Shown here piece by piece: positions 52,297 through 62,080 of a stretch of 64,000 nucleotides of DNA. Below the pieces are notes generated by a model. It was given only the letters and a program-made list of their open reading frames with translations, searched no databases and was not told the DNA's origin. The first letter of the stretch is position 1. Each line of letters begins with the position of its first letter. The DNA is taken from IMG/VR virus record IMGVR_UViG_3300032254_000001, positions 224,001-288,000 of that record. One strand, 5' to 3'. The DNA comes from a virus. Taxonomy: Duplodnaviria; Caudoviricetes. The translations under genes were made by a program, and so were the position numbers.

Positions 52297-54099
52297 TTAT
52301 TTTTCGGTGTAATCTTTATTAAGCCACGACGTCACTTCTTCTATACAAGTGTTAGGGTGGCTGTCTAATATAAATTCTATTGTTTTAATAACATCTGCAC
52401 ACGGTGTTCCGTTGCCTGTCCAACTATCTCTGCTTCTGCTTAGTGGTGTATCAAGTCTGTCAAAGTTAATTAAAGATGTTTTAAACGGTACTAAGTTATC
52501 TTTGAATGCTCGTGTGCATTGTTTGCTGGCATGTTCTAGAGCTGCTTTACTAACACGATAACGTTCAAATGATGGGTCTGGCGCAACTATATCCTTAAGA
52601 CCTGTGCTGCCTATGTTTATAATATGCCCCTGCTTATTTGCTGCTTTCCATGCATCGTATACAGCAATTAACAAGTTGACTTGTGCGAAGTTACTATGCG
52701 CTTCGCCTGCAGGACCATCAAATGCATTATTAATGAATACATCGTAATTAAGTGATTCTTGCACTATACGATCTATGTCGTATGGGTTAGTAATGTCTGC
52801 TTGCATGTCGGAATCTTCAGAGCGAGAAACGTTTACGCCTCTGAAGTGATTAATTAGTTCTAACCCTAATCCTCTATTTCCGCCTGTGATTAAATATTTG
52901 TTGCCCTGTGGTTCCAATTGATCCCATACCTTGTAAAATTCTTTACCACAAGTTAAAGCACATTCAAATAAACGTCCTTCTCCTAGTGGCTTGTTAAAAC
53001 TGTCTGTGACTTCTGTCCAGAACGGCTGTTTCATTATGTCAGCTAGTGTGTTGTGCTGTATACTTAATGTATTAAATGCATCATGCCTATTAAACAGATC
53101 CCGTATTTGATTTTCACCATTAGGTAAGAATGCCATATCGCTAGCACCAGGGAGTATATCCCTGTCATGGAAGCGAGCATCGTATAAATTATGATTGAAA
53201 AAGTTGCACGGCATAACAAGCCCATTGGCTGTTACTAATAATTTGCTTTTCTGGTTCTCACCATTGCCGTGGTGCGTACATAATGCATCGCATGTAATTG
53301 GTGTGCTACTAAAATACTTATGTAGATCATCATTATACTTGTCTTTAAGCTTTGGTAAATGTACCATGCTCTTATTTCGGTGGTCAAGCTCAGCAGGGTA
53401 TTCGATGTTGTATTCAACGTTGCCTGCTTTATCTTCTTTAGGCCATTGCTTAAGCTCACTGAAGTTGTTATATTCTAGGAATCTACCTGTAGAACGTTGA
53501 TTAAAAGATTCGAAGCCTATTAATGCTGCAAGCATACTAGCTTCTGCTACTTGGTGTTCGTTGTGCTTAAACACAATGAAATTCCATGCAGCTTTACCAC
53601 CTGCACGAATAAACGCTTCTGCATTTGTTATAATCTTATCGAAATCTGTATTACAGCGATACAAGTGATTTGTATCTTTAAGCCCATCTATGTTAAATTC
53701 TACTTTACCGTGTTCGCCAATGATCTCTGCAAGTTCTGCCCACCATTCGGTTTTACGTGCGCCACCATTTGTGTGTATTAAGATCCACAATGTGGGGTTT
53801 TTAGCACGAAAATCACGTAAAATATCTAAGAACTCTGGGTGTACAATTGGATCACCGTACCCTCCGCAGAAGAATATCTGGCGTAAATTAGCACAGATCT
53901 CTTTAGTAAAAGCTGTGTCAATGCATTCACGTGACAAGTGTTCTTTAACGATATGTGGGTTTTCTTTGCCACCATTTAAGTTCCTTGGGCACTGCGGACA
54001 CGCCGCATTGCAGAAATTAGTAATCTCTAGCTGGAACTCATCTACATTGTCTAGTTTAAATTTCAGGGAGGTCACCATCGTCAAAGAAGTCTTTAGCAC
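52297..54099 (-). CDS. Radical SAM domain fused to a short-chain dehydrogenase/reductase
   Basis: CNAACPQC, F.GG.GDP, TNG; C-terminal ITGGNRGLG, NNA, YRVSK. Confidence 0.85.
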   Translation of the reverse strand: MLKTSLTMVTSLKFKLDNVDEFQLEITNFCNAACPQCPRNLNGGKENPHIVKEHLSRECIDTAFTKEICANLRQIFFCGGYGDPIVHPEFLDILRDFRAKNPTLWILIHTNGGARKTEWWAELAEIIGEHGKVEFNIDGLKDTNHLYRCNTDFDKIITNAEAFIRAGGKAAWNFIVFKHNEHQVAEASMLAALIGFESFNQRSTGRFLEYNNFSELKQWPKEDKAGNVEYNIEYPAELDHRNKSMVHLPKLKDKYNDDLHKYFSSTPITCDALCTHHGNGENQKSKLLVTANGLVMPCNFFNHNLYDARFHDRDILPGASDMAFLPNGENQIRDLFNRHDAFNTLSIQHNTLADIMKQPFWTEVTDSFNKPLGEGRLFECALTCGKEFYKVWDQLEPQGNKYLITGGNRGLGLELINHFRGVNVSRSEDSDMQADITNPYDIDRIVQESLNYDVFINNAFDGPAGEAHSNFAQVNLLIAVYDAWKAANKQGHIINIGSTGLKDIVAPDPSFERYRVSKAALEHASKQCTRAFKDNLVPFKTSLINFDRLDTPLSRSRDSWTGNGTPCADVIKTIEFILDSHPNTCIEEVTSWLNKDYTEK

Positions 54100-54580
54100 T
54101 GTTTAGCACGTCTTTACTTGTCTTGAATACAGTACCATCAAGATTAGGCCCGTTCTGCCTTGACTGTATCAGCCAATCGATAGCAGGGTAGAATATTTGT
54201 AGTTTCCACTGTCCGTTAAAGCCTAGGTACAAGTTAGGGGTAATAGATGCAGGATTCTCATCTGAGTTAAAATCGTATATTGGCCAAAACACACCGCTGT
54301 TAAGCTCTTCTAATGTAAGCTCGACATCGTCTAGCTTTATAGATTTAATGTATACGTGCTTATCTGCAATAACATTACCGATAGCATCGTATTCGTGATC
54401 GTGTATTGTTTTACCAAAGTGTGTAATAATTAAGTAGTGTTCGCCACTAACTAAATTAATGTCTGCTTCAATGTGATCAGGACAATCACCCTCACACAAT
54501 ACATCGTAGTCGCCTACTTGTATTTTAATTTTTGGGTTGCCGAGCTTACGCTCAACTGCAAAATCGATTTCAATTTTCAA
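54056..54580 (-). CDS. Hypothetical protein in the radical SAM operon
   Basis: 174 aa, coupled. Confidence 0.7.
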   Translation of the reverse strand: MKIEIDFAVERKLGNPKIKIQVGDYDVLCEGDCPDHIEADINLVSGEHYLIITHFGKTIHDHEYDAIGNVIADKHVYIKSIKLDDVELTLEELNSGVFWPIYDFNSDENPASITPNLYLGFNGQWKLQIFYPAIDWLIQSRQNGPNLDGTVFKTSKDVLNSAKDFFDDGDLPEI

Positions 54581-56091
54581 TGTATAACTCCGACTAGTTT
54601 ATCTAGTTGTGTAAGGCGCTTCTTGTATTGATCCATTAGTATCCTTAACTGGTCGTCGCCCTTCCAGAATGTATATCCTAAATCAACTGCTAATTCCTGT
54701 GCTTCGATTCTACGCTTAATGCGTTCTTTGTACGTTAGTGTAGGATTGCCTAAACAAATCCAATCTGGGCCGTGTGGGTGATTTCCATTTTTACCAATGA
54801 TATTCATCTTTTGGTGTTCTTCCCACAGCGGAGTGCCTTCTTCGATAGTTAATGTAGTGCCTAAGTTAACACCAATGATAGTGCCATCCGCTACGTACTT
54901 CTGATATCGCTTAAGCATGTTTAATGTATCTTCAAAGTCTTCACGTGTTTCTGTTGGCCATCCGACGATAATAAGGAAATAAATCGCAATGCGATGTTTA
55001 CTAAACATTTCCATAGTGTAGTCAAGGTCTTCGTTAGTGAATCCCTTTTTCATATCTTCTCTAACTTTATCGCTTCCAGTTTCGACACCTACTACCATAG
55101 TCTCGGCACCTGCCCTAGCCATCATTTCGTAATCTTCGTCTTTGAATTTACTAGCTGATCTAATAATGTAGTGGCTACTGTAGTTTAAGAATCGTTCTGG
55201 TAAGTTATTTTGTTCGTAGTACTCAACAAGTAACTTGTTAAACACTCTAAAATCTTTAAGGCTGCCATTGCATAACGCATCGTGGAAAAAGAAATCCTCG
55301 ACATCGTATTGATCGTAGTAATGAATCATTTCATCAAACAATTGCTGACCTGATTTAAATCTAAAGCCGCCTTGCATAAGTGGAATGTCGCAGAACTTAC
55401 AACGTCTGATACATCCACGTGATGTTTCAATAGGTAATACACCTTTATTGAAACCGCTGAAATATTTAGAAACGGGAACATCGTCGAAGTTCATAAAATT
55501 ATGTTCGGCTACATTACTGTACGGAGCAAGTGTATTGCTATCAATACCTTGTGCATCGAAGTTGCCGGCTACTATATGCTTTATAGTAGTTTCAGCTTCG
55601 CCACGCACCCAATGGGCTATAAGCCCTTTGTCTTTAAGTACTTGCATGTACGGAACTTCACTTGAATAGCTGCCGTGTTCTTCACGTTTTAATCCTTGCC
55701 CACCTATTATAACAGGAATGCCTTCTTCTTTTATCAACTTTAAGAAATCTCCAAGGAACTTATGACTTTGCCATGTAAATGCGCTAATCATTATGTACGT
55801 TGGGTTATGTGCTTTTATTTTATCAATCCACTGCGTCATCCACTCGGAGTAGCTAGCAGTTTCTTCATCAGTCAAAGCATTTAAGTCGTCAAAGAAGTAC
55901 TCGTCAACTTTCCAATATGTGTTATCGCCGTATGTTTTTCTAAACTCTACAGCAAAGTCTAAGTTCATATCGTATACTTGTGACTCTTGTCCTTCAGCTT
56001 TTAATAAACTCTTAATGATCGCAGGAGCAGCTTGCGGACGTACTGCCGCAAAGCGAGGCACTGATAAAATTACAGCATATACCTCTTTCAC
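54577..56091 (-). CDS. Cobalamin-binding (class B) radical SAM protein
   Basis: N-terminal B12-binding-like domain; IETSRGC.RRCKFC; GVETGS..VR.DM.KG. Confidence 0.85.
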   Translation of the reverse strand: MKEVYAVILSVPRFAAVRPQAAPAIIKSLLKAEGQESQVYDMNLDFAVEFRKTYGDNTYWKVDEYFFDDLNALTDEETASYSEWMTQWIDKIKAHNPTYIMISAFTWQSHKFLGDFLKLIKEEGIPVIIGGQGLKREEHGSYSSEVPYMQVLKDKGLIAHWVRGEAETTIKHIVAGNFDAQGIDSNTLAPYSNVAEHNFMNFDDVPVSKYFSGFNKGVLPIETSRGCIRRCKFCDIPLMQGGFRFKSGQQLFDEMIHYYDQYDVEDFFFHDALCNGSLKDFRVFNKLLVEYYEQNNLPERFLNYSSHYIIRSASKFKDEDYEMMARAGAETMVVGVETGSDKVREDMKKGFTNEDLDYTMEMFSKHRIAIYFLIIVGWPTETREDFEDTLNMLKRYQKYVADGTIIGVNLGTTLTIEEGTPLWEEHQKMNIIGKNGNHPHGPDWICLGNPTLTYKERIKRRIEAQELAVDLGYTFWKGDDQLRILMDQYKKRLTQLDKLVGVIH

Positions 56092-57995
56092 TCTACTGCA
56101 CCCTCGTAGTTCGTGAAGCCACCTTCTTTAACCACCTTCATAGTATTGTTTACGCGACTAATTAATTCGTCGCGATGTGAAACAAGCCACACACTCTTTC
56201 CACGCTCTCGGGCCATGCCCTTCATGATTTTAATTGCGGCTTCAACTCCATTAGAGTCTAGGCCGTTGTCGACAAGCTCATCCACAAACAATAAGTTTAT
56301 ATGGTTATATAGGCTTTCCCAAACGTCCCGGAAGGCCCAGCTTAATGATAATATGAGTCTGTTGCGTTCACCGCGAGACAAGTTGTCGAAGTCTAATTCT
56401 CGTCCCATGTCTGTAATTTCTACAGACAAATCGGACATAAAGCGTACCAGGTGAGGAAGACCAATTTCACGTAGGTAGTGTGTGAGTCGATTATTTAAAT
56501 AAGCTAAATTCTGCTCAATAATCTTTTTACGTATGAAGCTGTCTTTGCTTGTTAACAGCTTTAATAGGAATGCTTGATGTTCTTGTAAATCAACTAGTCT
56601 GTTCATTTCATCGTAGTCAACATCCTGCATGCCTTTGTCTTTCATATCATTTATTTGATCAATGTACGGATCTTCATCAGCTAATGCTGTTTCTAACTGT
56701 GATGATAACGTTTCAAGTGAACTCTTGTGTCCATGTGCTTCGTCGATCGTCTTATAAAATGTTGTATTGCCTTTGTATCGCTCAGGACTAAATGTACGAG
56801 GCTCAACCTTCATACCTTGTACTTCTGGCGGAGAGCCTAGTTCAGCAAGTGTTAACTTATGCTCTTCTATACGACCCTCATTTAGTATCAACTGTTCTGA
56901 ACATTCTAATAGTTCTTTTTCTTTAGCTGCAATATTTTCTTCTTGCTTTGAATCGTGTAATTCCTGACCGCATGAATGACACTTGTGATCTGCTAATAAG
57001 TCAATATCTTTCTGGATTGACTGCGAACGTCTTTCTTGTGTTGTGCTATCGCTTGTAATCTGTTTAATCCAGCGATTGCACTCTAATACAGCTGAATTAA
57101 ACTTATCAACGGCAGCTTTATCTTTGTCTGATTGTAGCTTTAGTTCAGCATTGAACTTGTCTACTTCGGCTTGTCCCTTAGCATTTACTTTATCAGTTTC
57201 GACACGCTTGTCGGCATTATTTTTGTGTTTGGTAATCTCATCTTCGATGTCAAGTTCCATTAACTTTTCAATAGCAGCAACATGGTCGCCGACAGTTTCA
57301 TCCTTCTTACGTTGCCACATACGCTGTCTACGCTCAAGCCCTTCGATCTGCTCTTCGATGTGTTCGTTAGCTTTGATAACTGCACTTAAGCGGAACTCTT
57401 CTTCTTTAATTTGGTCTTTAGCTGTTTTATTAATTGCTTTAAGTGCTTCTGCCTTCTCAGTAAGTACTGTAATACCAAGCAATTCTTCAATGATGTTCTT
57501 TTGTTCACCTGCCTTCATTGACAAGAACGGTGTTGTATATGTGTTTAATGCTATTGCATGTTTAAACATGTCGTGGCTAATGCCTAGTAGACTCGCAATC
57601 TCTTTCTGAGTCTCACGACCATCACCTTGCGCTTCATCATCTGCTTTTTGTTCTTTATTATCTTTATAGAACTTTAATACATTTGGTTTACGTCCACGCT
57701 CAATTCTGTATTGAGTTTGATCGATGTCAAATTCAACACTAACAAGCATGTTCGCTGCATTTGTTTTGTTAATAAGATTATTAACTTTAATGTCTGACAA
57801 TGCGCTACCGTATAGTCCATAGCTGAGCGCATTTATTAATGTGGTTTTACCTGTACCGTTCCTGGAACCATTGCTGCCTAAGTCGAGGTTCTCGCCGAGG
57901 ACTAGGGTTAAGTCGTCGCGGTTAAAATCGACAGCCTGTGTGGCATTGCCGATTGACATGAAATTTTTTACGGTTAAATTCTTTATTCTGATCAT
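56088..57995 (-). CDS. gp46: Recombination endonuclease ATPase subunit (Rad50/SbcC-like)
   Basis: Walker A GTGKTT, zinc hook CHSC, signature LSRGE, Walker B LLFVDE. Confidence 0.95.
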   Translation of the reverse strand: MIRIKNLTVKNFMSIGNATQAVDFNRDDLTLVLGENLDLGSNGSRNGTGKTTLINALSYGLYGSALSDIKVNNLINKTNAANMLVSVEFDIDQTQYRIERGRKPNVLKFYKDNKEQKADDEAQGDGRETQKEIASLLGISHDMFKHAIALNTYTTPFLSMKAGEQKNIIEELLGITVLTEKAEALKAINKTAKDQIKEEEFRLSAVIKANEHIEEQIEGLERRQRMWQRKKDETVGDHVAAIEKLMELDIEDEITKHKNNADKRVETDKVNAKGQAEVDKFNAELKLQSDKDKAAVDKFNSAVLECNRWIKQITSDSTTQERRSQSIQKDIDLLADHKCHSCGQELHDSKQEENIAAKEKELLECSEQLILNEGRIEEHKLTLAELGSPPEVQGMKVEPRTFSPERYKGNTTFYKTIDEAHGHKSSLETLSSQLETALADEDPYIDQINDMKDKGMQDVDYDEMNRLVDLQEHQAFLLKLLTSKDSFIRKKIIEQNLAYLNNRLTHYLREIGLPHLVRFMSDLSVEITDMGRELDFDNLSRGERNRLILSLSWAFRDVWESLYNHINLLFVDELVDNGLDSNGVEAAIKIMKGMARERGKSVWLVSHRDELISRVNNTMKVVKEGGFTNYEGAVE

Positions 57996-58001
57996 TTAGC
58001 T

Positions 58002-58030
58002 ATTATACTACCATTGTTGTGTTATATCAA
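58002..58030 (-). promoter_or_regulatory. Sigma70 promoter TTGATA-17-TATAAT
   Basis: Predicted +1 coincides with the gp46 ATG. Confidence 0.65.
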
Positions 58031-58044
58031 TTTATTTGAATCAT

Positions 58045-58578
58045 TTACCCTAAGGTTTCAATGAGTTGCGTGATTTCTTTGTCTTCCAATTCAGTTAGTG
58101 TTTGGAAGTTGTGATCTAATATATCTTTATTTTGATTTAGTAAAACCTGCACTTCTGATATATCCAGACCGCAGAATTTTATTATTTCTTTTTCTATCAT
58201 TAAAAATCTTTTTACAGGATCTAATTCTAGATCATATGACTCATCAATAAAATGGTCAAACGTTTTAAACCCGTTGTCATGCAACATAGCTAATGTTTTA
58301 GGTGCACCTACTACAATAAAGAAACGCTTTGCTGCTATTGGTCTTACTGTTTTTTCAGTAATAAACGGATACGGATAATCAAATACTGTTTCAGTTACAA
58401 TATCCAAACCGATCTTTTTATAAAATTCTGACTGGTACCAGCTGTCGTCCCATCCTGGAGGCTTATCAGCAATTAATGGATCCTTGATCTTTTCAAATCT
58501 ATTATTAACATCTAGACCCTTGCCTACAAGCCTATCGTATATCCGTGTCTGCGTCATTGTTTTAAGGAATTCATTCAT
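58045..58578 (-). CDS. Glycosyltransferase-like (GT10-type) C-terminal domain protein
   Basis: IVTET....FITEKT.RPI......G....L..L...GFKTF...IDESYD. Confidence 0.6.
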   Translation of the reverse strand: MNEFLKTMTQTRIYDRLVGKGLDVNNRFEKIKDPLIADKPPGWDDSWYQSEFYKKIGLDIVTETVFDYPYPFITEKTVRPIAAKRFFIVVGAPKTLAMLHDNGFKTFDHFIDESYDLELDPVKRFLMIEKEIIKFCGLDISEVQVLLNQNKDILDHNFQTLTELEDKEITQLIETLG

Positions 58579-59111
58579 GATGAAACTGCAATCTTATTTA
58601 ATAGGTTGTTGTCAGTGATGGAATTATACATTGCAATTCGATGCGACCTTGGAACCCCGCCCATCATACAAATAGCATTCTTCTCTACACGATCTGCGTC
58701 AATGTTGTAGTTTTCGTATCCGTTTGCATTTATTGTTAGATTAGTAATAAACGTTTCGATTACTGTAGGCATGGATTCAGTTTCGTGATTTGTCATTGCT
58801 GATATTTCTTCAGTGATACCAAAATTATTAGTAACTAGCACAACGACGCCCATTGATATATCGACTGTTCTAAAACATTCTATTAGGTTGTATATGTTAA
58901 GCCCATTCTTTAATATAGCCGGATTGTAATAATCTGTATCGAAGTGTTCGATTAAAATACGCTGATTTGGTAATATTGGTTGCTCTATTTTCTGGAGCTT
59001 GTCTATTAATACGTTAAAGTCTCTATCGAACTTTGTAAATTTATCAGCTAGTACTATATCGAATCTGTTGTACAATACATCTTTATACCGTTGTGATAAA
59101 AAGGATTTCAT
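58575..59111 (-). CDS. Hypothetical protein (possible N-terminal partner of the GT-like gene)
   Basis: Coupled; ends with R.HRI motif. Confidence 0.6.
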   Translation of the reverse strand: MKSFLSQRYKDVLYNRFDIVLADKFTKFDRDFNVLIDKLQKIEQPILPNQRILIEHFDTDYYNPAILKNGLNIYNLIECFRTVDISMGVVVLVTNNFGITEEISAMTNHETESMPTVIETFITNLTINANGYENYNIDADRVEKNAICMMGGVPRSHRIAMYNSITDNNLLNKIAVSS

Positions 59112-60121
59112 AAGCTATTGTAGATTTCCATTAACAAACCAATTTTATAAAAGTCACTTTCGATTGCTGCAATTTGCTCGCCAATTATAGTGTCTACACT
59201 ATTAAACGATACTTCAGCATCATTGTCCTGCTCAAATTCTTGATCCTTCATTGGAATCAAACTAATCTCACGCAAGTTGTAATCTGTTATAAAGGTTTCT
59301 TTAATAAAGTTAGCTTCTTCGTAGCTAACGTCAATGTCTAAGTTAACCTTAACATACATATTAGGACCAAGTAGATCTGGAGCATTGTCTAGTAGATTGC
59401 TTAAGTTTAATACTTTATATAACGGTTGATCTGGCCATGCATGGAATGTAGGGTCTTTATCCCACTCCAATACCATAGCACCACGCTGGTCATCTCCTGC
59501 ATCTGCAAAGTTATGTGGGAAGCAATTGCCTACATAGGTAACGTTACCACGCTCTTGTCGCATATGAAAGTGACCACTAAACACTTGGTCTACATTAGCC
59601 ATTTGCTCAGACTTAACAGTACCGTGGTCAGGCATTTCTACCAACGCATTCATTTTAAAATGCGGGAGCTCGAAATGTCCGAACATGTACTTGGCTTTGA
59701 TCTTTGTTAACTTTTTATAATCGTCTCCAACAAGCCACGGAACAATCGCAACATCATCTTGTTTAAACCAGTCATTACAAATCGTAATGTTAGGCAAGTG
59801 CTTTGCCCACTCAATCCCGTGTATGTCCCGCTTATCTCTATAGTAGAGGTCGTGATTTCCAGGGATAAAATAAAAATTTTCGAATGCATCATTTAGTTTC
59901 TCCAAACTTCTCAAACTATAGTTCAGAGTTTGGAGATTAATGGACGCCCTGTGGTGATGCCAATCGCCAAGAAACAGTCCAGTTTCGCAGCCTTGTTCTT
60001 TGGCCGTTGCTATGGCCCAATCGACGAATGCTTCGCAATCTTTATTATGTTGTTGACTATTTGATTTTAATCCAAAATGTATATCTGTAAATACTAATGC
60101 CTTATTAAAAAGCTGACCCAT
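59108..60121 (-). CDS. gp47: Recombination endonuclease nuclease subunit (Mre11/SbcD-like)
   Basis: TDIHFG, LGD..H, GNHD, FGHFE, SGHFH phosphoesterase motifs. Confidence 0.95.
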   Translation of the reverse strand: MGQLFNKALVFTDIHFGLKSNSQQHNKDCEAFVDWAIATAKEQGCETGLFLGDWHHHRASINLQTLNYSLRSLEKLNDAFENFYFIPGNHDLYYRDKRDIHGIEWAKHLPNITICNDWFKQDDVAIVPWLVGDDYKKLTKIKAKYMFGHFELPHFKMNALVEMPDHGTVKSEQMANVDQVFSGHFHMRQERGNVTYVGNCFPHNFADAGDDQRGAMVLEWDKDPTFHAWPDQPLYKVLNLSNLLDNAPDLLGPNMYVKVNLDIDVSYEEANFIKETFITDYNLREISLIPMKDQEFEQDNDAEVSFNSVDTIIGEQIAAIESDFYKIGLLMEIYNSL

Positions 60122-60140
60122 TTTTATTATTATCCTGTTC

Positions 60141-60983
60141 TTACGTATACTTCCACAGCTCTGCGGCTGTATTAGGGAATGTATCCCCTATTTCGTTGCA
60201 TCTTAGATCGAGTTGTAGTTTCTCGCGAAGATAATATTGAATATACGCTTCGTCTATTATACTACAATTGTCTGGTAATGCACAATCAATGCGGTTAACA
60301 AAGTTCGAAAGGAACTCAGTAACTACGTTATTCTTATTAAGATTACTTTGTAGTGCTAACATACTCTCGTGGTTATCTATTATAGTACTAATAGGTGCGG
60401 TTAGCTCTGTGTCTAAAAATTCAACTGTACTGGTTAACAAATCTTCAAAGTTGTAAAGTAAATCATACAGATCGATTGTTTTAATGTTCTCTGATTCGAA
60501 ATGATATATGTCTGGTGCATCGTAAAATAGTTTATAACTTAGTATTTCTCGTTGTTGAGAGATTTCAGTTACATCATTTAACTCAGATATACCAAACCAA
60601 TCTTTTCTTTTGTTGCGTGTTTTTTGCAACCAATTGTTTGCTGCTACTAGTTGCATATCCTGTGTGTATTTTATTGCTATAATTTTATTACACTTTGATA
60701 CAGCTTCTGTCATTAATGCATCTTCATCCATGCCCGTAGCTGGATCACCGTAGTGTATGCAAAAGAACGGATGGTGTGCATGTGTTGTGCTGTTAACCCA
60801 CTTAGACCAAAACGGCCCAGGACGAGGTCTCTCAAATTGAGAATGTGATCCGCCATCAGCATTAAACGGCAGCCCGGGGTGGTTGTGTAACCCCCGAGCT
60901 GTAAAGTTGTTTAATACCCAGTGTATATAATGGCCGTAACTACCGAGATTAAAAAAGATAGGAACACGATCTTTTAATAGCAC
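60141..60983 (-). CDS. Hypothetical protein (possibly sulfotransferase-like fold)
   Basis: I.F..GSYG.YI.W.L N-terminal loop; assignment weak. Confidence 0.5.
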   Translation of the reverse strand: MLLKDRVPIFFNLGSYGHYIHWVLNNFTARGLHNHPGLPFNADGGSHSQFERPRPGPFWSKWVNSTTHAHHPFFCIHYGDPATGMDEDALMTEAVSKCNKIIAIKYTQDMQLVAANNWLQKTRNKRKDWFGISELNDVTEISQQREILSYKLFYDAPDIYHFESENIKTIDLYDLLYNFEDLLTSTVEFLDTELTAPISTIIDNHESMLALQSNLNKNNVVTEFLSNFVNRIDCALPDNCSIIDEAYIQYYLREKLQLDLRCNEIGDTFPNTAAELWKYT

Positions 60984-61961
60984 TTATGAATCGTCAGTTT
61001 TCTTTTTGTTGGGGTTACACAAGTTATAATCGTATGCAAAGTCTTCTTTCTTGCCTTCGTTTGCAAACTGTCTAGTCCAACTAGGTGTTAGTCCGTTAGC
61101 TTCGAGAATATCATCACGTATATTTTGCATCTTCTTCTCAATGTTTAGTACACGAGTAAAGCTGTTAGTCACTGCGGCAGTGTAGTACGCAAATGGGTTC
61201 TGTGATTTAAGTTCATTAAACTGTAGCCCAATCTGTGATAGCTGCAATAACGCTTGTCCTTGCATCTCATCGTTATACGTATACCCACGCCAGTTACTAC
61301 GTGTGCCATAACGTTCGCATAGCTTTATGTACATCATAGCTAAGTTATTTGTAGTTCTGCCATGATCTTTGGTAAACTTGCCTTCTTCGATATCGCCCTT
61401 CCAGTGTGATTTACCTACTATTTCTGCAGATAGCTCACCATCTGTGTCTGTTACACGGTAATGGAAGAATGGAGGGAAGTTAACACGCATTGGTATCATT
61501 TCAACATCTGGATCAGTTGGTGATAATGATTGATCATCGTCAGTTTCGATTAGTTCGTCAAATACTGCGTTTGCTTTTGCTTGTTTCGCTGCTTTAGCTA
61601 ATGCCGCTTTTGATTTCTTCTTAGGCACTAGCGGAATGTGCTCATTGGTCATAACACGGAATACAACATCATGCAGTTCAACGTCTGCTACATCTGTCGG
61701 TATTTCTAACTTAGTGAGTCGTGTTGCTCGTGCTTGTCTAGCTAAATCAACGACGGGTACGTCTTTGAATGTAGGGTTACCGTTTTCGTCTTTGCCGACA
61801 TCAACGTTCTGTGTTCCCCAAATTTCTTCTAGTGATTCTACTATGAAGTCTTGCTGATTGTCCTCAACTTTATCTTTAAAGGAACAATATGATATTTTGC
61901 TTAGGTGTATTTCTTTAAGCATATCCTTATTATTTAAGTAATTCTTTTTTCTCTTAGCCAT
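60984..61961 (-). CDS. gp55: Late transcription sigma factor
   Basis: NYLNNKDML.EI; L.ERY..R.NWRGYTY.DEM; F.E.KS.NPFAYYT; start MAKRKK after GAGGA. Confidence 0.93.
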   Translation of the reverse strand: MAKRKKNYLNNKDMLKEIHLSKISYCSFKDKVEDNQQDFIVESLEEIWGTQNVDVGKDENGNPTFKDVPVVDLARQARATRLTKLEIPTDVADVELHDVVFRVMTNEHIPLVPKKKSKAALAKAAKQAKANAVFDELIETDDDQSLSPTDPDVEMIPMRVNFPPFFHYRVTDTDGELSAEIVGKSHWKGDIEEGKFTKDHGRTTNNLAMMYIKLCERYGTRSNWRGYTYNDEMQGQALLQLSQIGLQFNELKSQNPFAYYTAAVTNSFTRVLNIEKKMQNIRDDILEANGLTPSWTRQFANEGKKEDFAYDYNLCNPNKKKTDDS

Positions 61962-61987
61962 AAAATCCTCGTTGCTGTAGTGCATAC

Positions 61988-62015
61988 AGTATAACATGAT
62001 GTGCGTATTTGTCAA
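61988..62015 (-). promoter_or_regulatory. Sigma70 promoter TTGACA-16-TATACT for gp55
   Basis: Near-consensus hexamers. Confidence 0.65.
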
Positions 62016-62049
62016 CCTAAGTTATTATATTGGGTTATAATGACTATCC

Positions 62050-62056
62050 ATAAATA
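62050..62056 (+). promoter_or_regulatory. Late promoter ATAAATA
   Basis: CCATAAATAC upstream of baseplate genes. Confidence 0.7.
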
Positions 62057-62080
62057 CAACATTAGAATAGGAATATATTT

